A DNA stretch of 64,000 nucleotides from an uncultured Acidimicrobiales bacterium (GCA_964517125.1 CAZFBD010000006.1:27429-91428); one strand, 5' to 3'; shown: positions 41,612 to 51,028, counted from the stretch's first letter. Program-made: numbers and translations. The notes: generated from the letters alone by a model not told the origin.

Positions 41612-42741
41612 GCCAAGTAGGCGAACACCGCAAAGCCGCTCTACTTTCTTTCAACGCTCGATGTCCGGCTGGAGAGCAAAGCGATAGCGCCGGGCTCGCC
41701 GTCATCATCGGACTAGAGGTCCCGGACCGATCCGGCTACGTCGACGATTGGCTTACGAGAAGACTCGCTTCGGCACCGGCTCCGGTCTACGCGAAGTGCA
41801 GGAAGGGCGTAGCTCGACCGACGGTCCTACGCTCGATCGATAAGGAAGCGGCGAGGCTGGAGCTATCGCTCAACTCCAAGCTCACCGAGCTAGTCGAAGC
41901 CGAGCTATCTCGACTCCTCCGAACGGCTGGACTCAAGGTTCTGGGCTCGATCCGAGATCCGAAGGTTGCGAGTCAATTCGCTGGAGTCGACCTCACCGAG
42001 GTAGCCCGGACGGCTCACTTCGTACGAGTCGTCGGCGGCCGTACGGCGATGCAGATATCCACGGTGAAACTCAACGAGCTAATCGAGGAAGCGGTAGAGC
42101 GGGTGAGTCGTCGAGCGACCGAGCTTCTAGAGCAAGCCGACCGGGACGCCCGAGACATAATCGAAGAGGCCACCTTGGTTGCCGCCCTCGCCGCTTCGGC
42201 CCTTTCGGTTCCTGCCGTTATCGGTCGCCTGGCGTCGGACTTCCGAGCGCTCGCCAATACCCGGCTAGGCGTTACCCCTGCTCCGGAACCAACCGAGAGC
42301 GATATTGGAGAGCGAGCTTCGGGCAACGTCTCTCCCGGCCTCGCCGCTTCGGCGGTAACGCAAGGTCTGGACCTCGCCGGAGTGGGAGCGGGCGTTGGCT
42401 TCGCCTCGGTAGTCCAGCGTCTTCTACTCGGCGCTCCTTCGAGGACGAGCCCAAACATCCCGGCCGTGGCCGAAGGTCGAGCAACCCTAGAGACCCAATT
42501 GATCTGGCGACACGCGTGGCTAGGTAAGCCTCGGAAGGACTTCCCTCCGCATAAGGCGCTCGACGGCGAACTAGTCGGCTCGCCTAAGTTCCAGACCCTT
42601 TCGGTGGCGGCCTACGAGCGAGCGCTATCGGACGGCTCGACGGCGATCGATCCCCCCTTCTCCGTCGGCGGCTGGCATCCTCAAGACCACATCGGATGCG
42701 TCTGCGGCTACGAACTCCGGACGGTCCTTAGCTTCTCTTGA
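41608..42741 (+). CDS. MuF-like minor head protein
   Basis: Track ORF. The C-terminal GWHPQDHIGCVCGYEL matches the His/Cys-Cys motif I associate with SPP1 gp7 / Mu F family proteins. Lies downstream of the portal gene. Confidence 0.6.
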   Translation: MSQVGEHRKAALLSFNARCPAGEQSDSAGLAVIIGLEVPDRSGYVDDWLTRRLASAPAPVYAKCRKGVARPTVLRSIDKEAARLELSLNSKLTELVEAELSRLLRTAGLKVLGSIRDPKVASQFAGVDLTEVARTAHFVRVVGGRTAMQISTVKLNELIEEAVERVSRRATELLEQADRDARDIIEEATLVAALAASALSVPAVIGRLASDFRALANTRLGVTPAPEPTESDIGERASGNVSPGLAASAVTQGLDLAGVGAGVGFASVVQRLLLGAPSRTSPNIPAVAEGRATLETQLIWRHAWLGKPRKDFPPHKALDGELVGSPKFQTLSVAAYERALSDGSTAIDPPFSVGGWHPQDHIGCVCGYELRTVLSFS

Positions 42742-42855
42742 AGACGGCTATAGACCTACCGATTTGAGGCCCGTTCTGTTAAAGTAATTACGCACTGCAA
42801 GGGTTGTACAGACCGAAGGTTACGGCTCGGAAAGTCTTCCGCTAGGTGTTCAGCA

Positions 42856-42909
42856 CGAGAGAGGCATTCGGTAGTCGCGGAGCGTCGCAACGACCGGGTG
42901 CCTCTCTTG
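42856..42909 (+). terminator. long-loop hairpin terminator
   Basis: CGAGAGAGGCA ... TGCCTCTCTTG (11 bp including one G.U), with an internal GTCGC/GCGAC hairpin. Confidence 0.4.
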
Positions 42910-42936
42910 CGTCTACGGCTCCGTGCAATCCCTCTT

Positions 42937-42972
42937 TAGGGGTTGACGTAATCCGGGGCTAAGGGCTAGGAT
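42937..42972 (+). promoter_or_regulatory. conserved extended promoter
   Basis: tttAGGGG-TTGACG(42943-42948)-18 nt-TAGGAT-6 nt-ATG 42979. Confidence 0.65.
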
Positions 42973-42978
42973 CGAGGG

Positions 42979-43320
42979 ATGAACTCTACGAACCTAACCA
43001 GAGGCGAGGTCTTGCTCGCCAACCGCCGTCAACGGCGAGAGCTACGGAAGGCTAGTCGCCAGATCCGGATCGAAGCCGTCAAGAGCTTCTACCGTTCCCT
43101 CGCTGACGATGCGGAGTGGGAAGCTTGGATGAGGAATCATCACGGCGAACCCGAGCCCACTCGGCTCGCCAACGTCGATTTCAAGCTCGACCTCCGGGGC
43201 CTTACCGAAGCGGTCGAGGATCTTAGGGACGCCTTCCTCGGCTTCGCTGTCACCGTCGACACCACCGAACTCGACGACGCCCTAGAGAAGCTAGGGGATC
43301 TCCGGGGTCGAGAGATATGA
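42979..43320 (+). CDS. hypothetical protein, leaderless
   Basis: Track ORF. ATG 6 nt after the -10. Confidence 0.65.
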   Translation: MNSTNLTRGEVLLANRRQRRELRKASRQIRIEAVKSFYRSLADDAEWEAWMRNHHGEPEPTRLANVDFKLDLRGLTEAVEDLRDAFLGFAVTVDTTELDDALEKLGDLRGREI

Positions 43321-43598
43321 ACCTCATCGAAGCCACGAGCAAGGCGATGAGAAGCGGAGCCCTCCCCCTCCCCGGACCGGGCGAGCTATTCGTCATCCGA
43401 GACCTGGAGCGTTCCGACCGAGCGGGGACTCCCGTTCGCTACGGCCGGACAGGCAACCTTGCCGAGACCGGACCGCTCGACGCTGGATATATCTGGTATC
43501 GAGAAGTCGACGAGACCGGAGCCCCGAAAGGGACCGGCCTCTACGGACTCTCGGTCGACGGCTACCTTCGAGACAAAGAAGCGTTGCTCGATGACTAA
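43317..43598 (+). CDS. hypothetical protein
   Basis: Track ORF, ATGA overlap. Confidence 0.6.
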   Translation: MNLIEATSKAMRSGALPLPGPGELFVIRDLERSDRAGTPVRYGRTGNLAETGPLDAGYIWYREVDETGAPKGTGLYGLSVDGYLRDKEALLDD

Positions 43599-43950
43599 GG
43601 CCGAGAGGAGTCTTTGCGGTTGCTACCCCTTTAGCTACGGAGACCTCCGAGCGGCTATCGCCGAAGCGGCTAAAGGCGAGGTCGCCTACGTCAACCGGGC
43701 TTCAAACCGATTCGCAAATCGGCTTCTCGTCGCCCTCGAAGATCTCTGGCCATGCATCAAGGATCAGTTCGAGGTAGCGGAGATCCTGGAGATGGACGAA
43801 GAGTCCTTGATCCTCGGTCCGGCCGGGGCTGGCCACAACTTCGTAATGGCGGATTTGATCGTCTCTCAACTTCCCGAAGTTTGGGAAGCGACGATTCCTA
43901 TCAACGCTCGAAACTGGAGCCCGAACCAAGGAGAAGCGAATGCCATCTGA
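43591..43950 (+). CDS. hypothetical protein
   Basis: Track ORF 43459..43950 trimmed to ATG 43591 (8-nt overlap). Confidence 0.55.
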   Translation: MTKAERSLCGCYPFSYGDLRAAIAEAAKGEVAYVNRASNRFANRLLVALEDLWPCIKDQFEVAEILEMDEESLILGPAGAGHNFVMADLIVSQLPEVWEATIPINARNWSPNQGEANAI

Positions 43951-44284
43951 CACAGGGAACGTATTAGTCGAAGGGACCTACCGAGTATCACAGTGGCTTG
44001 GTTCGTCGTCGGGCGGTCGTCACGGGATCCCCTGCTTTCTCCGGCTCGGAGGTAGAGACCTGAACCCGTCGATGTACGGATTCAATCCGGAAGAACTCTT
44101 CGGCCATCGACTCGCCGAAGGAACCAAGATCCTAGTTACTATCGAGGTCGTCGAGGAAGGTCCCGAGCTTCTTCAAACTAGTTTCCCGCCGTCGAGCTTC
44201 CGCGGTGGAATCAAGGCGTGGAACGAGCTACCGGCCGCCGAGCAAACCTCCCTCTGGGACGGGCACGAAGCGGGTAGGTCGTGA
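43940..44284 (+). CDS. hypothetical protein
   Basis: Track ORF, 11-nt overlap. Confidence 0.55.
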   Translation: MPSDTGNVLVEGTYRVSQWLGSSSGGRHGIPCFLRLGGRDLNPSMYGFNPEELFGHRLAEGTKILVTIEVVEEGPELLQTSFPPSSFRGGIKAWNELPAAEQTSLWDGHEAGRS

Positions 44285-44583
44285 CCGTCTACGTAGACCA
44301 ACTAGTCGAGTGGGGCTGGATGCTTCGAGGCGTCAAGACGTCGAGTTGCCATATGGTCGCCGATACCGACGAAGAGCTTCACGCTATGGCGCAAGCGATC
44401 GGACTCAAGAAGTCTTGGGCTCAGAAGATGAATAGCGCCAACCAGTACCGTCGGCACTACGACCTCACTCCCAGGAAGCGAGCGCTAGCCGTCGACGCCG
44501 GAGCCGTACAGATGACGCTCCGGGACTTCGGTCGCCTAATCAAGAAGGGGCAAATCGATGCGGCAAATCGACGTAGTGTTTGA
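44281..44583 (+). CDS. DUF4031-like protein
   Basis: Track ORF, GTGA overlap. VYVDQL..W....CHMVADTDEELHAMAQAIGLKKSW......HYDL matches my memory of the DUF4031 consensus. Confidence 0.6.
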   Translation: MTVYVDQLVEWGWMLRGVKTSSCHMVADTDEELHAMAQAIGLKKSWAQKMNSANQYRRHYDLTPRKRALAVDAGAVQMTLRDFGRLIKKGQIDAANRRSV

Positions 44584-44728
44584 CGGCCCTCCGGGACCCG
44601 ATAGCGGTCGGCTCGTAGAGGTCGAGGATATGGAAGGCCGATCGGTGAAAGTCGGCAAGTGGATCGACCGAGGCGACGGCCTCTACGCCCTTCGCCTCAC
44701 GCTCGCCGACGAAGCCGAGAAACCGTAG
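44558..44728 (+). CDS. small protein (56 aa)
   Basis: Not in the track. AAGAAGGGG lies upstream of ATG 44558. Translates MRQIDVVFDGPPGPDSGRLVEVEDMEGRSVKVGKWIDRGDGLYALRLTLADEAEKP. Overlaps the upstream gene end by 26 nt. Confidence 0.5.
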   Translation: MRQIDVVFDGPPGPDSGRLVEVEDMEGRSVKVGKWIDRGDGLYALRLTLADEAEKP

Positions 44729-44816
44729 AGGGATATCGGTCCCCCTATTTACAAATGTCTAAGGCGTGAGTACCCTATCCTTAATACTCCGCCCAAATCC
44801 CGAAGGATGAGTCCCC

Positions 44817-45935
44817 TTGAAGATCCTCTCCAATCCGTTCGCCGCGCTTAGCTCCGAGGAGTCCGTATTCCGCTGGGCTATCGGCAGAGTGAACAAGGCC
44901 CGAGCCGACGGCTTCCCGTTCACCGGTAAATTCGTCGAGCCGGACTACAACCCTCGGCATTCCGATTCGCAATACGACCGACCTCGACTCTTCGCCGGGA
45001 AGCTCGCTAATTGCTACCGAATGATCTTCTACCTCTTGACCGACCCGACAGAGTTCGAGATGGACGAAGGGGCCTACGAGAACTTTGAGCGAGGCGTTAT
45101 CTACGAGAGGGCTATGGCGCTCTTCCTGGAAATCCTGGAATCGGAGATAGACGAAGAGTCTCCGATCATGGCGCTCGGGACTCAGACGACCTTCGGCGGC
45201 GAGCAGCTAACGCCCGACGGGATCTCGATCAGCGGTCGAGGAGACGCTTGGATCCTTTGGAGACGACACCCTTCAACCGGTAGTCCGGCTCTAGAAATTC
45301 TCGACTTCAAGTCGAAGGGAGACTTCGGGTACAAGAAGGTCATAGGCGGCGAAGCCGTCCGTACGGATCACGTCTTGCAGACGGCGGCCGGAGCGCTCTT
45401 CCTCGGTCGTTTCGACGACGAGTCCGAACCTCGCCAAGCGGCCCGAGCCAACGGCCTAGATCCCGACGCAATCGACGTGACGTGGCGGGTCGTGACCGTT
45501 GCCCACTCGATCGCCGGTTGGGGCTCGAAGCATCACGACGAATCCTCCCGCTCGACGATGGAATACGGATCGGTCTTGATCGAGGGCGGTACCGATTGGG
45601 ACGACGAAGAAAGCCAGACTCACGTAATGAAGATGTTGGTCTCCGACGCCGGAGCGCAATCGAAAGTCTGGGCTCGGGCGAAGGCGTACCGAGAAGGCGA
45701 GACGGTCAACATCCCTCGCCGCTACCACCCGTTCACAAGGATGACTACGGGCGACGAGATCACCAAGTGGACCTCCGACGGCAAAGGCGTTTGGGAGAGG
45801 AAGCTCGGGGACCAAGACGTCTTTAGTAGCGAGGCAGCAGAGGAGTGGTCTTGCAAGTACTGCAACTACAGGGGCCGTTGCCCCGAAGAGTCCGGAGCCG
45901 TATCGATATCAACGAAAGGAACTACCGATGAGTGA
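44817..45935 (+). CDS. RecB-family (Cas4-like, PD-(D/E)xK) exonuclease
   Basis: Track ORF, TTG start. Nuclease core GRGDAWILW...LEILDFKSKG. One N-terminal Cys (LANCY) plus C-terminal CKYCNYRGRC give a 4-Cys cluster typical of Cas4/AddB-type nucleases. Confidence 0.7.
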   Translation: MKILSNPFAALSSEESVFRWAIGRVNKARADGFPFTGKFVEPDYNPRHSDSQYDRPRLFAGKLANCYRMIFYLLTDPTEFEMDEGAYENFERGVIYERAMALFLEILESEIDEESPIMALGTQTTFGGEQLTPDGISISGRGDAWILWRRHPSTGSPALEILDFKSKGDFGYKKVIGGEAVRTDHVLQTAAGALFLGRFDDESEPRQAARANGLDPDAIDVTWRVVTVAHSIAGWGSKHHDESSRSTMEYGSVLIEGGTDWDDEESQTHVMKMLVSDAGAQSKVWARAKAYREGETVNIPRRYHPFTRMTTGDEITKWTSDGKGVWERKLGDQDVFSSEAAEEWSCKYCNYRGRCPEESGAVSISTKGTTDE

Positions 45936-46281
45936 TTCAACCGAAGAGGAAGCCGACCTCATTATCGAGTGCTTGACCGAGGAAGAGATCACCGCTTGTC
46001 TCGGCGAGGAGATCGACGTATCCGACGGCGAAGGCATTTACCCGCTAGACGCTATCGAAGGCCCGCTCGGAGAGAAGGGCTTTAGCCTTCGCGAGTCCGT
46101 CCACTTGGAGACGAAGCGATGGGGTCCGCTCACCGCCGAGATTTACCAGGCCGAAGACGGCCGGACGGTCGCTTGGCAGGAGTACCGGACCGAGATGGAG
46201 ACGTACTTCTACGGCTGGATCTCGAAGCTGAAGATCGAGACCACTCAGAAATGGACAATCGTGGAGGAGCAGGCGTCGTGA
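45928..46281 (+). CDS. hypothetical acidic protein
   Basis: Track ORF, 8-nt overlap. Confidence 0.55.
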   Translation: MSDSTEEEADLIIECLTEEEITACLGEEIDVSDGEGIYPLDAIEGPLGEKGFSLRESVHLETKRWGPLTAEIYQAEDGRTVAWQEYRTEMETYFYGWISKLKIETTQKWTIVEEQAS

Positions 46282-47207
46282 CCCGAGCCAGAGGCGGCCT
46301 ACCGGTCAACATCAGCAAACGGAACGTCGGAGCGCCTTCGACCCTTGGCCATATTCGCGGAGGTTTGCGAACCAACAAAGCGGGCGAGATTCTCCCCGGC
46401 GACCATCCGGGCGGTAAGGGCACTTGGCCGATCTCGGTCGATAACTGGGTGCTCACCTCCGGTTCGGCTCCGGCGCTTAAGGCGGCTCGGGAGGTTCTCG
46501 GCGGAACGCCCGACTACGAGTACAACAACGGAGCGGAGAAGTACCGGCTCATCACTGACACGGACACGCTCAACCTTCGAGTCGTTATCGAAGAGGACGA
46601 CATCTCCCGCTACCAGCTCTACAACTCCCGATCAAGAGACGCCGAAGGTGGCGGCGCTCTTTGGATGGAGCGTCTTTGCGACGGCGAGTCCTGCAAGTAC
46701 CAACCGACTCCTGAGCAACAGCCGACTACGGTCCCGTGCGTTTGCTCTAGAGAGATCATCGAGCAAGGGGCGCTGCTTAGCTGCACGCTTCGGTTCCGCC
46801 TTAAGGTCATGTTTGATTGGGGGCCTCCGGGAACCTGGATCCTCGACTCGGGAGCGGAGACCTCCGAAGAGGGAATCTTCACCGGGTACGAACTCCTCAA
46901 GGCGTACACGGTCGCTGGTATGCCAGAAGCAACGCTCACCCGGAGCCGCAAGCAGAAGCTCAACGGCGAGACCTACCACGAGCTTAAGCTCCTCCCGGTC
47001 CGCTCGATCGAGGACCTCAAGGCGGCCTTCGCCGCTCAACAGCTAGCGCTCGACTCTGGGGACTCCGGAGCCGCTACGAGGCTCGCTCTTGAGAACGGTT
47101 CACCCGTGGTTCCTGAGACCAACGAGGCGCTCGACGGCCCTCCCCCGGCGATTGAGTCCGGCTCCGACGACGATCCGGTAGACGCCGAGATCGTAGAGGA
47201 AGACTAG
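46278..47207 (+). CDS. hypothetical protein with Cys cluster and acidic C-terminal tail (candidate ssDNA-binding/annealing partner)
   Basis: Track ORF 46119..47207 trimmed to GTG 46278 (GTGA overlap). Cysteine cluster CDGESC...PCVC...C. C-terminal tail SGSDDDPVDAEIVEED. The function is a context-based guess. Confidence 0.55.
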   Translation: MTRARGGLPVNISKRNVGAPSTLGHIRGGLRTNKAGEILPGDHPGGKGTWPISVDNWVLTSGSAPALKAAREVLGGTPDYEYNNGAEKYRLITDTDTLNLRVVIEEDDISRYQLYNSRSRDAEGGGALWMERLCDGESCKYQPTPEQQPTTVPCVCSREIIEQGALLSCTLRFRLKVMFDWGPPGTWILDSGAETSEEGIFTGYELLKAYTVAGMPEATLTRSRKQKLNGETYHELKLLPVRSIEDLKAAFAAQQLALDSGDSGAATRLALENGSPVVPETNEALDGPPPAIESGSDDDPVDAEIVEED

Positions 47208-47213
47208 AGAGCT

Positions 47214-48848
47214 ATGACCGTGAGCATCGAAGCAGACGAAGGCCACCTAGACGAGATCGTTTACAAGATCGAGTCCGGAGTCGGTCGCGCCTACTTTGGT
47301 GACTCGCGGTCTATCAACGCTTCGCCGCTCGGCAATAAGTTCACCGGCTTCTTCCGCTCGATCCGTCTCTCTTGGAGGATCTTCCGTCCCGGCTTGCTCG
47401 GATCCGTGGCTCTCTTCGCCGCTCTCGTCGCTCTAGCCGGATCCGGCCTAGTCCTCGCCCTACTCCTGGTCGGCCTCTCTGTGGCGCTACTGGCCCGTCA
47501 GGCGGCCGACTTGAGAGACATAGGTGACCGTCGAAATAAGACGTGGAATTTCCGGGTATGGCATTCCTGGTTTCACCTCTGCTACGACTCGAATCGAACC
47601 AACCGAGAATGGATTACCTTCGACGACGCTTCGGGAAAGATCTTCTTTCCCAAGCTCCTCTCGGTTAGATGGGTAGAGGGCCAAGGGCTCCGACTCGACT
47701 TCCGCAAGCTCCCTTCCCCGGATAACACGGCGACCCGAAACTTTGAGGCGATGAAGGAGACGATCCGAGGCGCTCTCGGATTTACCCAAGGTCGAGTCAT
47801 CACCTACGACGAGCCCGGAAAGCGGGAGGTCGTTACGTTCATCTTGACGAACTACCGGCTCCCGAACTCGATAGCCGCCACGATTGAAATGCTCCGGTCC
47901 CCCGAAGGCGTAGTCCCGGTCGGGATCTCACTCGGGAACATCTTCCTCTGGTGGAACCAGCTCCTAAAGAATCACGGGCTCGTAAGCGGCGAGACCAACT
48001 TCGGAAAGTCGACGTGGCTTCGGTTCCGAATCGTCAAGGCCCTTTGGGACGGCTGGGATTGCTGGGCCTTCGACGGGAAGAGGATCGACCTCGGTTGGCT
48101 TCGAGCACTTGGCCAAAGGGTGTGGGCCAACGACGGAACTGTTACGACGGTCAATAGCTTCTGGAAGACGATTAAGGAAGAGATCGAGCTACGCCAACAG
48201 GTCATGGATGCGGCGGCCGTTACTTCGAATTGGGGTAACTGGATCCGACGACTGGAGTGGCTCTACTCGCTTCATCCGGAAGATGCAGCGGCTTGGCTGG
48301 CCAATCACGGAATTGATACTCCGCTAGAAGAGCTTCCCTCTCGACGGATCCTCATCGTCGTTGACGAAGCCGGATCGGTAACGCGAGGCAGCTCGAAGCT
48401 CCACAAGTCAATGCACGAGGACATAGCGAAGATCGTCGAAGTAGCTCGGGCTCTCGGGATGTACGTGGTCTTCGGCGTCCAGCGGCCGGACGTTAAGAAC
48501 CTCGCCGGAGATATGGGCGGCTCGGTCCGGGCTCAATTGAACTTCGTTCTTGCCGTCGGCGAAACCGAGGAGTTTGGTCGGAAGATGATGTTCGGCACCG
48601 AGCATATGAACGACCCGGACGTACAAGCGGCTTCGGGAGCAAGGACCACCGAAGGCGAGCCCATCCCCGGCCGGGCCGCCGTGCTCGGAGCCGACACCGC
48701 CACAAACGACGTCCTCCTAGCCCAACTCCCTTGGATCTCCGAGGAAGACGCTATGAGGATCATCATGGCCCGGAGGCCCGAGACCGATACGGCTCGGGCT
48801 CACAAATGGATCGACGAAGCGTATAGGGAGTTAATCAACTATGGATGA
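47214..48848 (+). CDS. FtsK/SpoIIIE-family DNA translocase-like ATPase
   Basis: Track ORF. N-terminal TM segment(s). Walker A GETNFGKST, Walker B ILIVVDEAG, and the family-typical VVFGVQRPD (QRP) motif. Confidence 0.75.
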   Translation: MTVSIEADEGHLDEIVYKIESGVGRAYFGDSRSINASPLGNKFTGFFRSIRLSWRIFRPGLLGSVALFAALVALAGSGLVLALLLVGLSVALLARQAADLRDIGDRRNKTWNFRVWHSWFHLCYDSNRTNREWITFDDASGKIFFPKLLSVRWVEGQGLRLDFRKLPSPDNTATRNFEAMKETIRGALGFTQGRVITYDEPGKREVVTFILTNYRLPNSIAATIEMLRSPEGVVPVGISLGNIFLWWNQLLKNHGLVSGETNFGKSTWLRFRIVKALWDGWDCWAFDGKRIDLGWLRALGQRVWANDGTVTTVNSFWKTIKEEIELRQQVMDAAAVTSNWGNWIRRLEWLYSLHPEDAAAWLANHGIDTPLEELPSRRILIVVDEAGSVTRGSSKLHKSMHEDIAKIVEVARALGMYVVFGVQRPDVKNLAGDMGGSVRAQLNFVLAVGETEEFGRKMMFGTEHMNDPDVQAASGARTTEGEPIPGRAAVLGADTATNDVLLAQLPWISEEDAMRIIMARRPETDTARAHKWIDEAYRELINYG

Positions 48849-49248
48849 AGCAAGCCTCAAGCGGGCGATCTTGAAGAAAGCGGAAGGGAGGGAAGAGCGA
48901 GAGCAATGCATGGCGGCCCTCTTTGATTGGAAGGCTTCGCACCGACTAGCTCCGAGCGTCGTAAACAAGAACGGAGTCCAATCAATCCCGAGCGGCTTTA
49001 TCCTCGGTCTTCGAATGGCCGACCTTTCGACGACCGACTCGGATGAACTTACCCGGCTCGTGCTTGTAGCTCACCGACACTCCGTCCGGATCTCGATCGC
49101 TCCTCGCTCCGCCTATTCGATCGAGATCGCATTCACGGCTCGATCACCGAAGCGAGAGGAAGGGTCGAGCTTTATGTACCACCCGGACCTTCTCTCCCTC
49201 TCCGACCGGGCTCGGGAATGGATGCCTCTCCAGGAGACGAAGTCGTGA
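48841..49248 (+). CDS. hypothetical protein
   Basis: Track ORF, 8-nt overlap. Confidence 0.55.
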   Translation: MDEASLKRAILKKAEGREEREQCMAALFDWKASHRLAPSVVNKNGVQSIPSGFILGLRMADLSTTDSDELTRLVLVAHRHSVRISIAPRSAYSIEIAFTARSPKREEGSSFMYHPDLLSLSDRAREWMPLQETKS

Positions 49249-49631
49249 GCGCCAACCACTACGTAACGATCGTCGGCGTACCGACGGCAGGCAACTCGGG
49301 CGGCTGGGCTCCAGCGGTCGAGGCCGTCCTCGCCGTATGGAAGAAAGACGAAGTCCTAACGCCGGAGTCTCCGGAGGTTCAGTGGTTTGTCGACGCGGGA
49401 GAGAGCCTTCCGGATCCGTGGGACTTCGACAAGTTCGTAGAGTCCCTCGATCTAGTCGGCCCGATCCTCGCCCGAGTAAACCTCGGCAACGCCAACCACG
49501 GCCTCAAGATCCCGGACGGACATCCGGGCTTGAAGGTTTGGTCTGGCCAGGGCGGAATGGAGATAGGTCTAGAGGTTGATCCGGTCTTCTACGGACCGAC
49601 CTCAGTGGTTCGGTTTACCACGAGCTACTAA
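49245..49631 (+). CDS. hypothetical protein
   Basis: Track ORF 49218..49631 trimmed to GTG 49245 (GTGA overlap). ATG 49218 is also possible. Confidence 0.5.
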   Translation: MSANHYVTIVGVPTAGNSGGWAPAVEAVLAVWKKDEVLTPESPEVQWFVDAGESLPDPWDFDKFVESLDLVGPILARVNLGNANHGLKIPDGHPGLKVWSGQGGMEIGLEVDPVFYGPTSVVRFTTSY

Positions 49632-49686
49632 ACGAGTTCGGGCATAGCCGATGTCCGGCTAGTCCTATGAAAGGGAAGAGTAAGTA

Positions 49687-50073
49687 ATGAGAGAACTGAA
49701 ACCTTGGAACGCTCACCGACTAGAGGTAACCGAGGGCCACCTCGCTCTCCTCCATCGGAGCAACTGGCGATATGAGGAGGGGGAATTCGGAGCGGCCAGC
49801 ATGGACACCAAGCGGCCGTACGGCAACAGCGATGTGCTCGGCGACATAGCCGAGATCGTAGAGCCGGATAAGAATTGGAGCCGGGATAAGGACGACGTCG
49901 AAGACGGCGAAGTCTGGGGCGACCTCGAAGACGACGAGAATCGAGAGCGGTTCTACCGCATTCATCACGAGATGGTGTTGGTGATGGACATCCTCTCGGA
50001 GACCCTCCAGCTAGGAGCGGGTACCTACGAGAAAGAGGACGGCTTTAGTTCTCCTTGGAGGAAGGTCTCTTGA
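49687..50073 (+). CDS. hypothetical acidic protein
   Basis: Track ORF. AAAGGGAAGAG upstream. Confidence 0.6.
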   Translation: MRELKPWNAHRLEVTEGHLALLHRSNWRYEEGEFGAASMDTKRPYGNSDVLGDIAEIVEPDKNWSRDKDDVEDGEVWGDLEDDENRERFYRIHHEMVLVMDILSETLQLGAGTYEKEDGFSSPWRKVS

Positions 50074-50510
50074 GCCGCTCCGCGATTCTCGCCATCATCC
50101 TTTCCGTATTCCTAATCGGCGTCGGCCTGATCTTGGCGGCCGGGCCGGACGACGAGTCGGCGAGCGTAACCGACGTAACTCCGGACGGAGCCGACGTCGG
50201 CTCCGAGCCTCTCGAAGCCACCGGTACCGAAGAGTCGGTAGAGATCACCGATTGCGAGTGGTCCCCCGCGCCGATAGGTCGATGGAGGATCGCCGGAACC
50301 GGTACCTCTTTCGAGTCCGAAGTTTCGAGCGTCGTCGTAAACGTCCAGATCTCGACCGGCTCCGATCTTCTGGAGAATCGAGTCGCTACTACCCCCGACG
50401 TACCTCCGGGCTTCAACTTCATTTGGGAGACCTTCTCTTCGTCCGACGTAGGCGAAGAGATCGAGGTCGATTGTTCGGTCTCCCGAGTATCAATCGTCGT
50501 GCTCGACTAG
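50070..50510 (+). CDS. secreted or membrane-anchored protein
   Basis: Track ORF 50055..50510 trimmed to TTG 50070 (TTGA overlap). N-terminal SAILAIILSVFLIGVGLILAA. Confidence 0.5.
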   Translation: MSRSAILAIILSVFLIGVGLILAAGPDDESASVTDVTPDGADVGSEPLEATGTEESVEITDCEWSPAPIGRWRIAGTGTSFESEVSSVVVNVQISTGSDLLENRVATTPDVPPGFNFIWETFSSSDVGEEIEVDCSVSRVSIVVLD

Positions 50511-50533
50511 AGCGCCCCCGAAAGGAAACCAAC

Positions 50534-51028
50534 GTGGCACAAGACAACAACGTAACGATCACCGGGAATGTGACCCGAGAACCCGAACTCCGATTCACCC
50601 CGTCCGGCCAAGCGGTCGCCAACTTCGGCATAGCCGTTAACCGGCGCTGGCAGAATCGTCAAACGCAGGAGTGGGAGGAGTCCGTCTCCTTCTTCGATAT
50701 CACCGCCTGGTCACAGCTCGCCGAGAATGCAGCCGAGACCGTAGCAAAGGGGACCCGAGTAACGATCACCGGTCGCCTCGACCAACGAGCATGGGAGACC
50801 GAGAACGGAGAAAAGCGATCGAAGGTCGAGGTCGTGGCCGACGACATTGCGGTATCTCTCCGATGGGCAACGGCGACCGTGCTCCAGAACGACAAGCCGA
50901 GCGGCATGGGCCAAGAGACCGGGGCTACTAGCCCTCGCCCTCGGAGCGACGGGCAACAGCAATCCGCTCCCGCTCGTCAGCACGTCCAGCCCGAGCCAAG
51001 GTACAACCCGGATGAGGTTCCGTTCTGA
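50534..51028 (+). CDS. ssb: single-stranded DNA-binding protein
   Basis: Track ORF 50252..51028 trimmed to GTG 50534 (AAAGGAAA upstream). OB-fold SSB signature NVTITGNVTREPELRFTPSGQAVANFGIAVNRRW...FFDITAW. Gly/Pro/Gln-rich linker. C-terminal acidic tip DEVPF. Confidence 0.85.
   Translation: MAQDNNVTITGNVTREPELRFTPSGQAVANFGIAVNRRWQNRQTQEWEESVSFFDITAWSQLAENAAETVAKGTRVTITGRLDQRAWETENGEKRSKVEVVADDIAVSLRWATATVLQNDKPSGMGQETGATSPRPRSDGQQQSAPARQHVQPEPRYNPDEVPF

Noticed and set aside
42784-42832. GTAATTAC-gcactgca-AGGGTTGTAC resembling the family promoter.
   Set aside because: No acceptable -10 lies 17-18 nt downstream (TCGGAA). No gene follows before the genuine promoter at 42943. Probably a decayed copy.
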